Shown: in pieces, positions 10,574-19,880 of the stretch
Layout: each line of letters opens with the position of its first letter
Numbering within the stretch: the first letter of the stretch is position 1
Source of the DNA: Flavobacteriales bacterium
Lineage (GTDB): Bacteria; Bacteroidota; Bacteroidia; Flavobacteriales; UBA7430
DNA: 64,000 nt
Reading direction: 5' to 3'
Assembly: GCA_022425195.1 (NCBI GenBank)
Contig: JAKMFX010000040.1
Span: 136,029-200,028, forward strand
Translations under genes and position numbers: made by a program
The notes under the pieces: generated by a model
What the model was told of the DNA's origin: nothing
The model's input: the letters and a program-made list of their open reading frames with translations, nothing else
The model's database searches: none

Positions 10574-11809
10574 TTAATCTTCAAATTCTGACTTTAAAAC
10601 CGCTTGAATTTCTTTGATGGTTTCTTCTTCCAAGTCAGTACGCTTAACCAACTCAGTAGCTGAAAGTTCTAAGACAGACTTTGCTGTATCACAACCAATA
10701 TTCTTTAGCTCATCGATGATCCAACCGTCGATTTCATCAACAAACTCTGTCAATGCAACATCTTCAGTGTCGTCAACATCTCTGTATACATCAATCTCGT
10801 ATCCAGATATAGCTCCTGCTAATCTTATATTACTACCCCCGCGGCCTATCGCTAAAGAAACCTGATCAGGCTTCAAAAACACTTCTGCTCGGTTGTTGTC
10901 TTCATCAAGTGTAATAGATGAAACTTTTGCTGGACTTAAAGCTCTAGAGATAAATAGGGTCTTGTTGCTGGTATAATTGATGACATCAATATTTTCATTA
11001 CCCAACTCTCTAACAATTCCGTGGATTCGAGAACCCTTCATTCCTACACAGGCTCCTACAGGATCTATGCGTTCATCATAAGATTCTACGGCTACCTTAG
11101 CCTTTTCACCAGGAATACGCTCAACTCGTTTAACGATAATTAAACCGTCTGCAACTTCAGGGATTTCCTGCTCAAACAGACGTTCAAGAAATTTAGGCGA
11201 TGTACGAGACAAGACGATTCTTGGCTTCATTCCTTTCAGTTGAACTTCTTTGACAACCCCACGAATGGTGTCACCTTTTCTAAAAAAGTCCGAGCGTATC
11301 TGCTGATCTTTTGGTAGGATCACCTCGTTATCCATATCATCGATGATGATCACTTCTCTATTTCGTATGTGGTGCACTTCACCTGAAATAATCTCTCCCA
11401 CCAACTCCTTGTAGCGATTGTACAAATCTGTATTATCGTGTTCTTGGATTCGGCTAATAAGATTTTGACGAAGTGACAATATCGCACGACGACCGAAGTC
11501 TATCAAATGTACTTCTTCAGACACCTCTTCACCCACTTCAAAATCAGGTTCAATTTTTATGGCGTTCGAATAGGTAATTTCGGCATTTTCGTCCTCCACT
11601 TCTCCGTCCTTGACAACGATACGATTCCTCCAGATCTCTAAGTCACCTTTGTCTGGGTTTACGATGATGTCAAAATTATCATCAGAACCGTACCTTTTAA
11701 TGATCATGTTTCTGAAAACGTCTTCAATGATACCCATTAGGGTAACTCGGTCGATATTCTTATCGTCCTTAAACTCTGCAAATGAATCTATAAGAGCTAA
11801 ATTCTCCAT
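10574..11809 (-). CDS. nusA: Transcription termination/antitermination factor NusA
   Basis: The N-terminal domain, S1 and KH region (GACVGMKGSRI, IGRGGSNIRLA) are recognisable. It sits in the rimP-nusA-infB order. Confidence 0.97.
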   Translation of the reverse strand: MENLALIDSFAEFKDDKNIDRVTLMGIIEDVFRNMIIKRYGSDDNFDIIVNPDKGDLEIWRNRIVVKDGEVEDENAEITYSNAIKIEPDFEVGEEVSEEVHLIDFGRRAILSLRQNLISRIQEHDNTDLYNRYKELVGEIISGEVHHIRNREVIIIDDMDNEVILPKDQQIRSDFFRKGDTIRGVVKEVQLKGMKPRIVLSRTSPKFLERLFEQEIPEVADGLIIVKRVERIPGEKAKVAVESYDERIDPVGACVGMKGSRIHGIVRELGNENIDVINYTSNKTLFISRALSPAKVSSITLDEDNNRAEVFLKPDQVSLAIGRGGSNIRLAGAISGYEIDVYRDVDDTEDVALTEFVDEIDGWIIDELKNIGCDTAKSVLELSATELVKRTDLEEETIKEIQAVLKSEFED

Positions 11810-11819
11810 TTCACTTCAC

Positions 11820-12275
11820 TTAAAATGTGATTAACACTATTGTTTGTTTTATTTCCCGATATTCGATCGTGCGTTGATTCACGACCGTAATTTTTCCTTT
11901 ACCCGTAGGTTTCTTTTCTCTTGACTTCCACTCCAACTGAATTGATTCCTCATCAGCAGCAGTCATCATGGCCTCAATAACCTCTCCATCTTGAAGTGTT
12001 ACTTTTACTTTTCGTCCAACATTTTTGCTGTACTGACGAATAACCAAGGGCTCTCCAATACCTGCAGATGCAACTGTTAAAGAAAAATCTGCTTCTTCTC
12101 GGTCCAGATTGAACTCAATGGCTCTGCTGACCTTCTTACAATCAGCTAGCGTTAAGCCCGTGTCGCTATCCAACAGCACCTTGATGTCATTACTTGGGCT
12201 TAAGGTCAAATCGACAACGAAAATGTCTGTTCCTTCAATCCCTTCTGCAATTAACTGCTCTACTTTCTCCTTCAA
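11820..12275 (-). CDS. rimP: Ribosome maturation factor RimP
   Basis: The 151-aa product lies directly upstream of nusA and uses a TTG start. The length and pattern are RimP-like. Confidence 0.88.
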   Translation of the reverse strand: MKEKVEQLIAEGIEGTDIFVVDLTLSPSNDIKVLLDSDTGLTLADCKKVSRAIEFNLDREEADFSLTVASAGIGEPLVIRQYSKNVGRKVKVTLQDGEVIEAMMTAADEESIQLEWKSREKKPTGKGKITVVNQRTIEYREIKQTIVLITF

Positions 12276-12287
12276 TATCTTAAGTAT

Positions 12288-12313
12288 AAAAAGAGGGGAC
12301 TCTCCGTCCCCTC
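12288..12313 (-). terminator. Intrinsic-terminator-like hairpin in the rimP-nusA-infB leader (possible attenuator)
   Basis: The minus-strand RNA reads GAGGGGAC-GGAGA-GUCCCCUC-UUUUUAUACUU. It ends 12 nt before the rimP start codon. Confidence 0.6.
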
Positions 12314-12337
12314 CTATCTTTCACCGTAAATACACTG

Positions 12338-12345
12338 CAAATATA
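12338..12345 (-). promoter_or_regulatory. Candidate -7 box (TATATTTG on the minus strand) upstream of the rimP leader hairpin
   Basis: Plus-strand caaatata is the reverse complement of TAnnTTTG. It would give a leader of roughly 55-60 nt containing the hairpin. Confidence 0.35.
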
Positions 12346-12502
12346 TGCATTTTTTCTTTCCAAATACCAATAGGAAGTCTTTTATAAAATAACGACTTCC
12401 CCTCGAGAACTCACCACAGCAATCGAAAGCATCATAAAATAAGAGGCAAATGGTTACCCATCCTTAGTGTTGCATCTCCAAAATTACATTTAAGCTAAAG
12501 AC

Positions 12503-12531
12503 GAAAAAAGCCCCAGTTCTCACTGGGGCTT
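12503..12531 (-). terminator. Intrinsic terminator after tRNA-Gln copy 1
   Basis: The minus-strand sequence is AGCCCCAG-TGAGAA-CTGGGGCT followed by TTTTTT. Confidence 0.7.
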
Positions 12532-12539
12532 TTTATTCG

Positions 12540-12612
12540 TTGTCCGACTAGGGCTCGAACCTAGACTCTTCTGTACCAAAAACAGACGTGTTGCCAATTA
12601 CACCATTAGACC
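12540..12612 (-). tRNA. tRNA-Gln(UUG) copy 1, with acceptor-stem mismatches (possibly a pseudo- or variant tRNA)
   Basis: A 73-nt cloverleaf was folded by hand, with anticodon loop UUUUGGU. The 3' 57 nt are identical to copy 2. However, pair 1-72 is G.A, pair 5-68 is U.G and pair 6-67 is A.C. Confidence 0.65.
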
Positions 12613-12621
12613 AATGCAGTG

Positions 12622-12629
12622 CAAATGTA
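12622..12629 (-). promoter_or_regulatory. Candidate -7 box (TACATTTG on the minus strand) for tRNA-Gln copy 1
   Basis: It matches TAnnTTTG 10 nt upstream of the tRNA 5' end. Copy 2 has the same geometry. Confidence 0.4.
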
Positions 12630-12675
12630 TTTCTTTTGTGTGATGTAAAAGACACTTTAATTGACGTTAAATTTT

Positions 12676-13689
12676 TCATAAACGTTCAACTATTTTTAGT
12701 TTCTCAAACACATAAATTGTACTTGAATACCCTCTTTTTGTAAACAATCCCATAATATTTGATAACATACCAATTACAAAAGCTTTAATAAAATTTTCTT
12801 TTCCTGTTTTATATTTTTCGCTTAGTATTGAAACATAGAAAGAATCTAAAATCATTCCCTTTGTTTTTACCAAACTAAATCCATGTTTTGTAAAAAGTTG
12901 TGAAATTGTGTTTTTTGAAAAATGCCAAAGATGAATGGGCAGATCATAAGCGGCCCAATATTTTTTATAATAACAGGCATCCCAGCTTTTATAATTTGGG
13001 ACAGCAATAATTACTTTCCCATTTTCTTTTAAAATTAGTTCAAGATGATCTACTGTTTCCTCCAGATTTGGAAGATGTTCTAAAACATGCCACAATGTAA
13101 CAATATCAAAACTATCCTTGTCAAATTGTGAAAGATCAAGATTATCACTAACATTAAGCTTATAATTTTTTATAGCCTGATTTCTTGCAAGATCTGAAGG
13201 CTCAACCCCCCGTGTCAACCATGAATTTTTTTTACAGATATTTAAAAATTCTCCTGTTCCACAACCAATATCGAGTAGCTTTCCCTTTTGTGAAAGATTA
13301 TTTATTAGTTTTAGCTTCTTCCCTAATGCAAACAATCTTGCTTTTTGATAAAGCCAATTTAGCAATCCTTTTGAACTATTCGTGTGAGATATATAATCCG
13401 ACGACAAATAGTATCTCTCAAGATCATGATCTTCTGGTCTTGGATTGGTAAACAAAAAACAACAATTGGCACATCTAACTATTGTAAACTCTTCTTTACT
13501 TAACAAAAAATCGATACCACTTAGATGTTCTGTAAAATTGTTTATTCTACAAATTGGACAGTGAGTTAGTTTTTTCACCCGCCCATCTAAGGGATAAACA
13601 CCACTTATTCTTGATGCTTGACTAATTGATTTAGTGGGAGGATCTTTAAGCCCTTCCTTGGTGATAACGATATGTTCTAAATTTTTCAT
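12676..13689 (-). CDS. Class I SAM-dependent methyltransferase with N-terminal Cys4 zinc-ribbon
   Basis: SAM motif I is LLDIGCGTGEF, and the N-terminal cysteines are CPICR...CANCC. The ATG at 13687-13689 is preferred over the GTG at 13701. The gene is strikingly AT-rich. Confidence 0.8.
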   Translation of the reverse strand: MKNLEHIVITKEGLKDPPTKSISQASRISGVYPLDGRVKKLTHCPICRINNFTEHLSGIDFLLSKEEFTIVRCANCCFLFTNPRPEDHDLERYYLSSDYISHTNSSKGLLNWLYQKARLFALGKKLKLINNLSQKGKLLDIGCGTGEFLNICKKNSWLTRGVEPSDLARNQAIKNYKLNVSDNLDLSQFDKDSFDIVTLWHVLEHLPNLEETVDHLELILKENGKVIIAVPNYKSWDACYYKKYWAAYDLPIHLWHFSKNTISQLFTKHGFSLVKTKGMILDSFYVSILSEKYKTGKENFIKAFVIGMLSNIMGLFTKRGYSSTIYVFEKLKIVERL

Positions 13690-14179
13690 TCTGATCACCA
13701 CTAATTATTTTATTAAATGACTATTATATTTTTATACAAATCGCAGCCAGAGTAATAAACCCTTGCTAATTTCTTTTCTACAATAAATAATTTCAAAGAG
13801 TTTTAAGCGTATTAAATCATCATTTTAATCGATAAAATCGAAACGAGATATCTTTTAACTTCGTTTTAGATCTTTTCATCCTTTTTAAAAAAATCAACTA
13901 TCAATTCACTTTTTACCATTACATCAACATCAATTTACACCAAGGGAGAGGGAAAATCTCTAGGGCTATGGGTACAAAACTTTATTTTATTAACTGTCAA
14001 AAATCATGCCCATTGCAACAATTTTACATCCTTGAATACCAAAATCAAGGCAATGCACCTAAATTTGCATGTATTCATGCTTAGTAACAAAAGAAAATAT
14101 GCATGAAATTTGTTGTTTGCTTTTTACGTTGAAACAGTCAGTGCTTTTTTAGTCAACTTTTTTCAGGAAGGGACATCAC

Positions 14180-14207
14180 AAAAAAAGCCCCGGAAAATAC
14201 CGGGGCT
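14180..14207 (-). terminator. Intrinsic terminator after tRNA-Gln copy 2
   Basis: The minus-strand sequence is GCCCCGG-TATTTT-CCGGGGC followed by TTTTTTT. Confidence 0.7.
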
Positions 14208-14218
14208 TCAAAATTATG

Positions 14219-14291
14219 TTGTCCGACTAGGGCTCGAACCTAGACTCTTCTGTACCAAAAACAGACGTGTTGCCAGTTACACCATCGGACA
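14219..14291 (-). tRNA. tRNA-Gln(UUG) copy 2 (fully paired cloverleaf)
   Basis: Hand fold: acceptor UGUCCGA/UCGGACA, D stem GUGU/ACAC, anticodon stem UCUGU/ACAGA with loop UUUUGGU, and T arm CUAGG-UUCGAGC-CCUAG. Confidence 0.9.
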
Positions 14292-14300
14292 AATGCGGTG

Positions 14301-14308
14301 CAAATTTA
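14301..14308 (-). promoter_or_regulatory. Candidate -7 box (TAAATTTG on the minus strand) for tRNA-Gln copy 2
   Basis: It matches TAnnTTTG 10 nt upstream of the tRNA 5' end. Confidence 0.4.
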
Positions 14309-14466
14309 TTTCTTTTTTTTTACTTGGCACAAAAAACAACGAAAAAGAATTGATAAAGTTTAATCGATTTTAACATTCTTTAATCATTAGGTAGTTTCAA
14401 AAAAGTGCACAAATATTTTTTATACATTCGCGTATTATAGCACACAATTTAACACATCATATAAAA

Positions 14467-17400
14467 ATGCAGTATCAAAAAATCAACAACCTATTTGGTT
14501 GGATCACATTTACAATTGCACTTGTTGTATACATATTAACCCTAGAGCCTACCACCAGCTTTTGGGATTGCGGAGAATACATTGCAACTGCTTACAAACT
14601 TCAAGTGGGCCATCCTCCAGGAGCACCAACCTATCTCTTGCTGGGTAATTTCTTCTCTAACTTTGCTTTTGGTGACACCACAAAAGTCGCCTATATGATG
14701 AATCTCATGTCTGCCGTTTGTAGTGCCTTCACCATCCTATTTTTATTTTGGACCATTACTGCATTTTCAAAAAAAATAATCGGTGAAATTACGTCCAAAG
14801 AGCAAATCATTTCTATAGTTGGGGCAGGACTGGTAGGCGCTCTTGCCTACACCTTTTCTGACTCTTTTTGGTTCTCGGCCGTTGAAGGAGAGGTGTATGC
14901 CATGTCATCTTTTTTTACCGCTATCGTTTTCTGGGCAGCCCTGAAATGGGATGAGGAATACGACAGAGAAGGGGACTCAGCTAACAGATGGCTGTTATTG
15001 ATCACCTATTTGATTGGGCTATCTATAGGCGTTCACATGTTGAACCTACTTGCAATCCCAGCCATCGTATATTTATATTATTTCAAAAAATACAAACCCA
15101 GCAAAAAAGGGTTTTTAATCACAGGTATTACATCCATTGCCATTCTTGGATTTATTTTTTTCGGACTCATCCCACAAGTCGTGAAATGGCTTGGCATCGT
15201 TGATAGAACATTTGTAAATAGCCTGGGACTTCCATTTAACAGCGGAACCATTTTCTTTATGACAGGGCTGATTGCTTTAATCGTCTTCGGATTGAAAAAA
15301 GCACAAGAAAAAGGTAAAAATCTTGCACATACAGCCATCCTCGCTATTACATTCATCCTCATCGGATATTCTTCTTTTGCCGTACTTGTTATTCGCTCAA
15401 ATTCGAACACCCCTATCGACGAAAACAATCCTGAAGAAGCCGTGAGTTTACTCGCCTATTTAAATCGCGAACAATACGGATCCACTCCACTGGTATACGG
15501 ACAGTATTACTCCGCAGGACTTGATAAGAGACAGCCCTATACAGATGGTACACCCGTATACGTTAAAGATGAGAAAACGGGGAAATACATCATTTCCGAT
15601 GAGAGAAAAAACCACAGCCCAAACTTTGACAAAAAACACTCAGGAATCTTTCCGAGAATGTGGAGTCGAAGCGATAGACACGTTAGAGCCTACAAAGAAT
15701 GGGGGAACATCAAAGGCCGGAAAAATAAGAAACCTAGTTTTGCTGACAACCTGACTTATTTCTTCAACTACCAAATTAACCACATGTATTTCAGATACTT
15801 CATGTGGAATTTTGCAGGGAAACAAAACGACATTCAGAGTCATGGATCCATTACGGAAGGTCAATGGCTTTCGGGTATTCCTTTCATAGATGAATGGCGT
15901 TTGGGCCCTCAAGACAATTTACCATCTGCACAATCTAAGAACCCAGGAAGAAACCATTTCTATATGTTGCCGTTTCTTTTGGGCTTGATTGGTCTTAGCT
16001 TCCATTACAAAAAGCATCATAAAGATGCTTGGGTCGTCAGCCTGCTTTTTATTTTTACGGGATTGGCTATCGTTGTTTACCTAAATCAATACCCTTATCA
16101 ACCTCGAGAGAGGGATTACGCATACGTGGGCTCATTCTATGCATACGCGATTTGGATTGGATTGGGTGTGCTTGCCATTATTGAAAAATTAAAAAAATAC
16201 GCCACAGGAAATGCAGTGGCTATTGCTTCAATAGCCATTTGTTTATTTGCCGTCCCTGGCATTATGGCAAGCGAGGGATGGGATGATCATGACCGCTCTA
16301 ACCGATATACGGCTCGTGACTTTGCAAAAGCCTATTTAGACTCTTGTGAGCCCGATGCGATTTTATTTACCATGGGAGATAATGACACATTCCCTCTGTG
16401 GTATGTTCAAGAAGTTGAAGGCTATAGAACAGATGTTCGAATTGTAAATCTCAGCCTTCTCAATACTGATTGGTATATTGATCAAATGAAACGCGATGCC
16501 TATGACGGAAAGGGCGTTCCTTTTAGCATGCCTCACAACTTGTACCGACAAGGAACTCGAGATGTCGCTATTTTCAAAGATGTAGGTGCCAGCCAACAAC
16601 GCTGGGAGGTGTCTAAAATGAATAAATGGATTCAAAGTGACGCACCCCAAACAAAAGTCAACTACGGAAAAGATTATGTTTTCTTCCCTACCAAAAAGTT
16701 GAGCATCCCAGTCAACAAGGCAAAAGTAATCGCCAACGGAACGGTGAGCAAGCAAGATGCACACTTGATCGTTCCTAATTTGGACTGGAATTTAAATGTC
16801 AGCCAAATGGAAAAGAAACACATGTTAATCATCGACATGATTGATAAAAACAAGTGGGAGCGACCTATATACTTCTCTATCACCATAGGTAATAGTGCAA
16901 ACTCCTATGCTTACCTGTGGGATTATTTCCAATTGGATGGACTGGCATATCGGTTGGTTCCGATAAAAACAAAATCTGAACCAGGTAAAATTGGTCGTGT
17001 TAAAAGTGATCTGCTTTACAGCAATTTAATGGAGAACTTTGAATACGGAAACGTAAACGACTCGGAAGTCTATTTAGACGAGACCAACCTTAGGCTGGTG
17101 AAAAATATTAGAAGTAATTTTTCTCGATTGGCTGATGAGCTAATTGCCGAAGGCAAAAAAGAAAAAGCTATAGAGGTGCTTGATAAGTGTCTGTGGTTGA
17201 TGCCTCATGAAAAAGTAGAATACAACTTTTTCATGCTCCCAATGGCGGAAAACTACTACATATGTGGCGAGAAAGAAAAAGCAAGAGCAATTCTTACCAC
17301 CATGACGGAAACCATGGAAGAGAAAATTTCTTATTACAATCAATTCGAGGGCGACCAAAAGGCACGCATTAAAAATGAAATTCAAAGACCACTTGCGCTA

Positions 17401-17505
17401 TACAACAGCGCGGTAAAAATAGCTTCCAATTTTGATGATGCTGGTTTTTCGGGTGCATTGGTACAACAGTTTCAAGAGCTGCTAAAAAACTCTGACATAA
17501 GATAA
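14467..17505 (+). CDS. DUF2723-family large membrane protein (GT-C-like glycosyltransferase, TMEM260-related)
   Basis: The N-terminus (FGWITFTIALVVYILTLEPTTSFWDCGEYIATAYKLQVGHPPGAP) is characteristic. There are many TM helices and a long soluble C-terminal region. Confidence 0.8.
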   Translation: MQYQKINNLFGWITFTIALVVYILTLEPTTSFWDCGEYIATAYKLQVGHPPGAPTYLLLGNFFSNFAFGDTTKVAYMMNLMSAVCSAFTILFLFWTITAFSKKIIGEITSKEQIISIVGAGLVGALAYTFSDSFWFSAVEGEVYAMSSFFTAIVFWAALKWDEEYDREGDSANRWLLLITYLIGLSIGVHMLNLLAIPAIVYLYYFKKYKPSKKGFLITGITSIAILGFIFFGLIPQVVKWLGIVDRTFVNSLGLPFNSGTIFFMTGLIALIVFGLKKAQEKGKNLAHTAILAITFILIGYSSFAVLVIRSNSNTPIDENNPEEAVSLLAYLNREQYGSTPLVYGQYYSAGLDKRQPYTDGTPVYVKDEKTGKYIISDERKNHSPNFDKKHSGIFPRMWSRSDRHVRAYKEWGNIKGRKNKKPSFADNLTYFFNYQINHMYFRYFMWNFAGKQNDIQSHGSITEGQWLSGIPFIDEWRLGPQDNLPSAQSKNPGRNHFYMLPFLLGLIGLSFHYKKHHKDAWVVSLLFIFTGLAIVVYLNQYPYQPRERDYAYVGSFYAYAIWIGLGVLAIIEKLKKYATGNAVAIASIAICLFAVPGIMASEGWDDHDRSNRYTARDFAKAYLDSCEPDAILFTMGDNDTFPLWYVQEVEGYRTDVRIVNLSLLNTDWYIDQMKRDAYDGKGVPFSMPHNLYRQGTRDVAIFKDVGASQQRWEVSKMNKWIQSDAPQTKVNYGKDYVFFPTKKLSIPVNKAKVIANGTVSKQDAHLIVPNLDWNLNVSQMEKKHMLIIDMIDKNKWERPIYFSITIGNSANSYAYLWDYFQLDGLAYRLVPIKTKSEPGKIGRVKSDLLYSNLMENFEYGNVNDSEVYLDETNLRLVKNIRSNFSRLADELIAEGKKEKAIEVLDKCLWLMPHEKVEYNFFMLPMAENYYICGEKEKARAILTTMTETMEEKISYYNQFEGDQKARIKNEIQRPLALYNSAVKIASNFDDAGFSGALVQQFQELLKNSDIR

Positions 17506-17522
17506 ATTTGGCTTGAGACTTT

Positions 17523-18137
17523 ATGAGTTATCTTTACAAGACCCCCAGACTTTTAAAATGGTATTACCCAGATTTAATCTGGGACTTTAATTCAGAGGAA
17601 AAATGCGTCTATTTAACCTTTGATGATGGACCTACCAAAGAGTATACACACTGGATTTTGGAACAGCTTGAAACCTATGGTGCAAAGGCCACTTTTTTTT
17701 GCGTTGGAAATAATGTAGCGGCTTGTAGAGAGGAGTTTGATGCCATTCTTCAGAAAGGTCACGCCGTGGGCAACCACACCTTCAATCACTTAAATGGATG
17801 TAACCAAAGCCTACTCTCTTACCTAAGAGACATCAGGAAATGTGATGAGGTCTTTAAGTCTAAACTCTTCAGGCCTCCCCATGGCAGACTCAGCAAAAAA
17901 CAAAGATTGGTATTGACCAAAGACTTTCAGGTCATCATGTGGGACGTTCTCTCAGGGGACTTTGACACAAATCTAAATGGAGAGGATTGCTACCATGCTG
18001 TGGTCAAAAACGTGGTCAATGGTTCTGTTGTAGTCTTTCACGATAGTAAAAAGGCAGCCCCAAGACTGAAGGCGGCTCTTCCAAAAATATTAAAGGATCT
18101 TTCAGACAGAGGCTTCACCTTTAAAGCCATCAGCTAA
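17523..18137 (+). CDS. Polysaccharide deacetylase family protein
   Basis: The NodB-type motifs TFDDGP and HTFNH are present. Confidence 0.85.
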   Translation: MSYLYKTPRLLKWYYPDLIWDFNSEEKCVYLTFDDGPTKEYTHWILEQLETYGAKATFFCVGNNVAACREEFDAILQKGHAVGNHTFNHLNGCNQSLLSYLRDIRKCDEVFKSKLFRPPHGRLSKKQRLVLTKDFQVIMWDVLSGDFDTNLNGEDCYHAVVKNVVNGSVVVFHDSKKAAPRLKAALPKILKDLSDRGFTFKAIS

Positions 18138-18426
18138 ATGCTTTCAGGGCTTTCAACAATTGATGCTTAGGCACAACCCCTGTTTGCCTCCAAAGAAGGC
18201 TTTCCTCTTTGTAAATGAGCAAAGTAGGTACGCTTCGCACATGTAATTTTCTTGCCAGTATTGGATTTTTATCAATGTCAATTTTAATGACGCTTACCTT
18301 ATCTCCCATTTCGCGAGCAACATCTCTCAGTATTGGAGCGAGTGTTTTGCATGGACCACACCACTCCGCATAAAAATCAATTAAAACGGGCTTTTTACTT
18401 GCAACTATCTGCCTAAAATCTGCCAT
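18130..18426 (-). CDS. Thioredoxin
   Basis: The 98-aa product has the WCGPC active site. Confidence 0.88.
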   Translation of the reverse strand: MADFRQIVASKKPVLIDFYAEWCGPCKTLAPILRDVAREMGDKVSVIKIDIDKNPILARKLHVRSVPTLLIYKEESLLWRQTGVVPKHQLLKALKAFS

Positions 18427-18428
18427 GA

Positions 18429-19826
18429 TTATTTTAAGCTACCGCACATATCCTCGGGTCTTACCCAGGCATCAAACTCTTCAGCGGTAAGATAACCTAG
18501 ATTGATGGACTCTTCTTTCAGCGTTGTTCCATTCTGATGAGCAGTCTTGGCAATCTTAGCGGCTTTTTCGTAACCAATTTTGGGATTTAGTGCCGTCACG
18601 AGCATCAAAGAATTGTCGAGGTTCTTCTTCAGGTTGGCGTAATTAGGTTCAATCCCTATGGCGCAGTTTTCTGTAAACGAGACGCACGCATCTCCTATTA
18701 ATCGAGCCGATTGCAAAAAGTTCGCGGCCATTACAGGCTTGAATACATTCAATTCATAATGTCCTTGAGCACCGCCTACAGTAATGGCGACATCATTCCC
18801 CATTACCTGAGCACAAACCATGGTGATGGCCTCGCATTGTGTTGGATTTACCTTACCTGGCATAATAGAAGACCCCGGCTCATTGGAAGGGATGATAATT
18901 TCCCCTATTCCCGAGCGAGGTCCGGAAGCCAATAAACGAATATCGTTTCCGATCTTGTTCAGTGAAACGGCTAACATCTTTAGTGCTCCATGGGATTCTA
19001 CAATGGCATCATGGGCGGCCAAAGCTTCGAATTTGTTCTCTGCAGTGATAAAGGGCAGTGCTGTAAACTCAGCAATTTTTTCAGCAACCAACACATCATA
19101 ACCAGCAGGCGTATTGATTCCAGTACCTACAGCGGTTCCGCCTAAGGCCAATTCCGAAAGGTGGTCTAAAGTATTATTCAATGCTTTTAGACCGTGGTTC
19201 AGCTGAGATACATAGCCCGAAAACTCTTGACCTAATGTGAGGGGTGTCGCATCCATTAAATGGGTTCTACCAATCTTCACCACATCTTTAAATGCTTCGG
19301 ACTTTTCCTTTAACACATCTCGCAATTTTTCCACTCCAGGAATGGTACATTCGATGATCATTTTATAGGCAGCAATGTGCATCCCTGTCGGAAAGGTATC
19401 ATTCGATGATTGTGATTTATTTACATCATCATTGGGGTGGATGAACTTTTCAGTATCAGTCAATAAGCCTCCATTAATCACATGAGCACGATTGGCAATC
19501 ACCTCATTGGTGTTCATGTTTGATTGGGTTCCTGAACCGGTTTGCCAGATGACCAAAGGAAACTCCTCATCGTGTTTACCCGTAAGAATCTCATCACAAA
19601 CTTTAGAAATTAAGTCTCTCTTTTCCTCGGCCAGAACTCCTAACTGACAATTTGCATGGGCAGCAGCTTTTTTAAGATATGCAAATCCATAAACCACCTC
19701 TAGGGGCATGCTGGCGGCTGTACCAATCTTAAAATTATTTCTAGATCGCTCCGTCTGGGCTCCCCAGTATTTTTCTGCCGGGACTTTTACATCTCCCATT
19801 GTGTCCTTCTCAATTCGGAATTCCAT
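18429..19826 (-). CDS. fumC: Class II fumarate hydratase
   Basis: The [11 protein letters not shown] signature is present, and the full-length 465 aa resembles FumC. Confidence 0.97.
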   Translation of the reverse strand: MEFRIEKDTMGDVKVPAEKYWGAQTERSRNNFKIGTAASMPLEVVYGFAYLKKAAAHANCQLGVLAEEKRDLISKVCDEILTGKHDEEFPLVIWQTGSGTQSNMNTNEVIANRAHVINGGLLTDTEKFIHPNDDVNKSQSSNDTFPTGMHIAAYKMIIECTIPGVEKLRDVLKEKSEAFKDVVKIGRTHLMDATPLTLGQEFSGYVSQLNHGLKALNNTLDHLSELALGGTAVGTGINTPAGYDVLVAEKIAEFTALPFITAENKFEALAAHDAIVESHGALKMLAVSLNKIGNDIRLLASGPRSGIGEIIIPSNEPGSSIMPGKVNPTQCEAITMVCAQVMGNDVAITVGGAQGHYELNVFKPVMAANFLQSARLIGDACVSFTENCAIGIEPNYANLKKNLDNSLMLVTALNPKIGYEKAAKIAKTAHQNGTTLKEESINLGYLTAEEFDAWVRPEDMCGSLK

Positions 19827-19880
19827 AACCTGTATTGTTTGCTTAATGCTTAATTAATGTGTCAAAGATAAGAATCAATA

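Noticed and set aside
12676-13689. The lone methyltransferase in the AT-rich cassette, considered as an orphan restriction-modification or defence component.
   Set aside because: It has the class I small-molecule/protein-type SAM motif (DIGCGTGEF) but no DPPY/NPPY or PCQ-type DNA-methyltransferase motif that I can see. No endonuclease, specificity or ATPase gene is adjacent.
14110-14373. An 87-aa plus-strand ORF.
   Set aside because: It reads straight through the tRNA-Gln copy 2 gene and its terminator on the opposite strand, so it is spurious.
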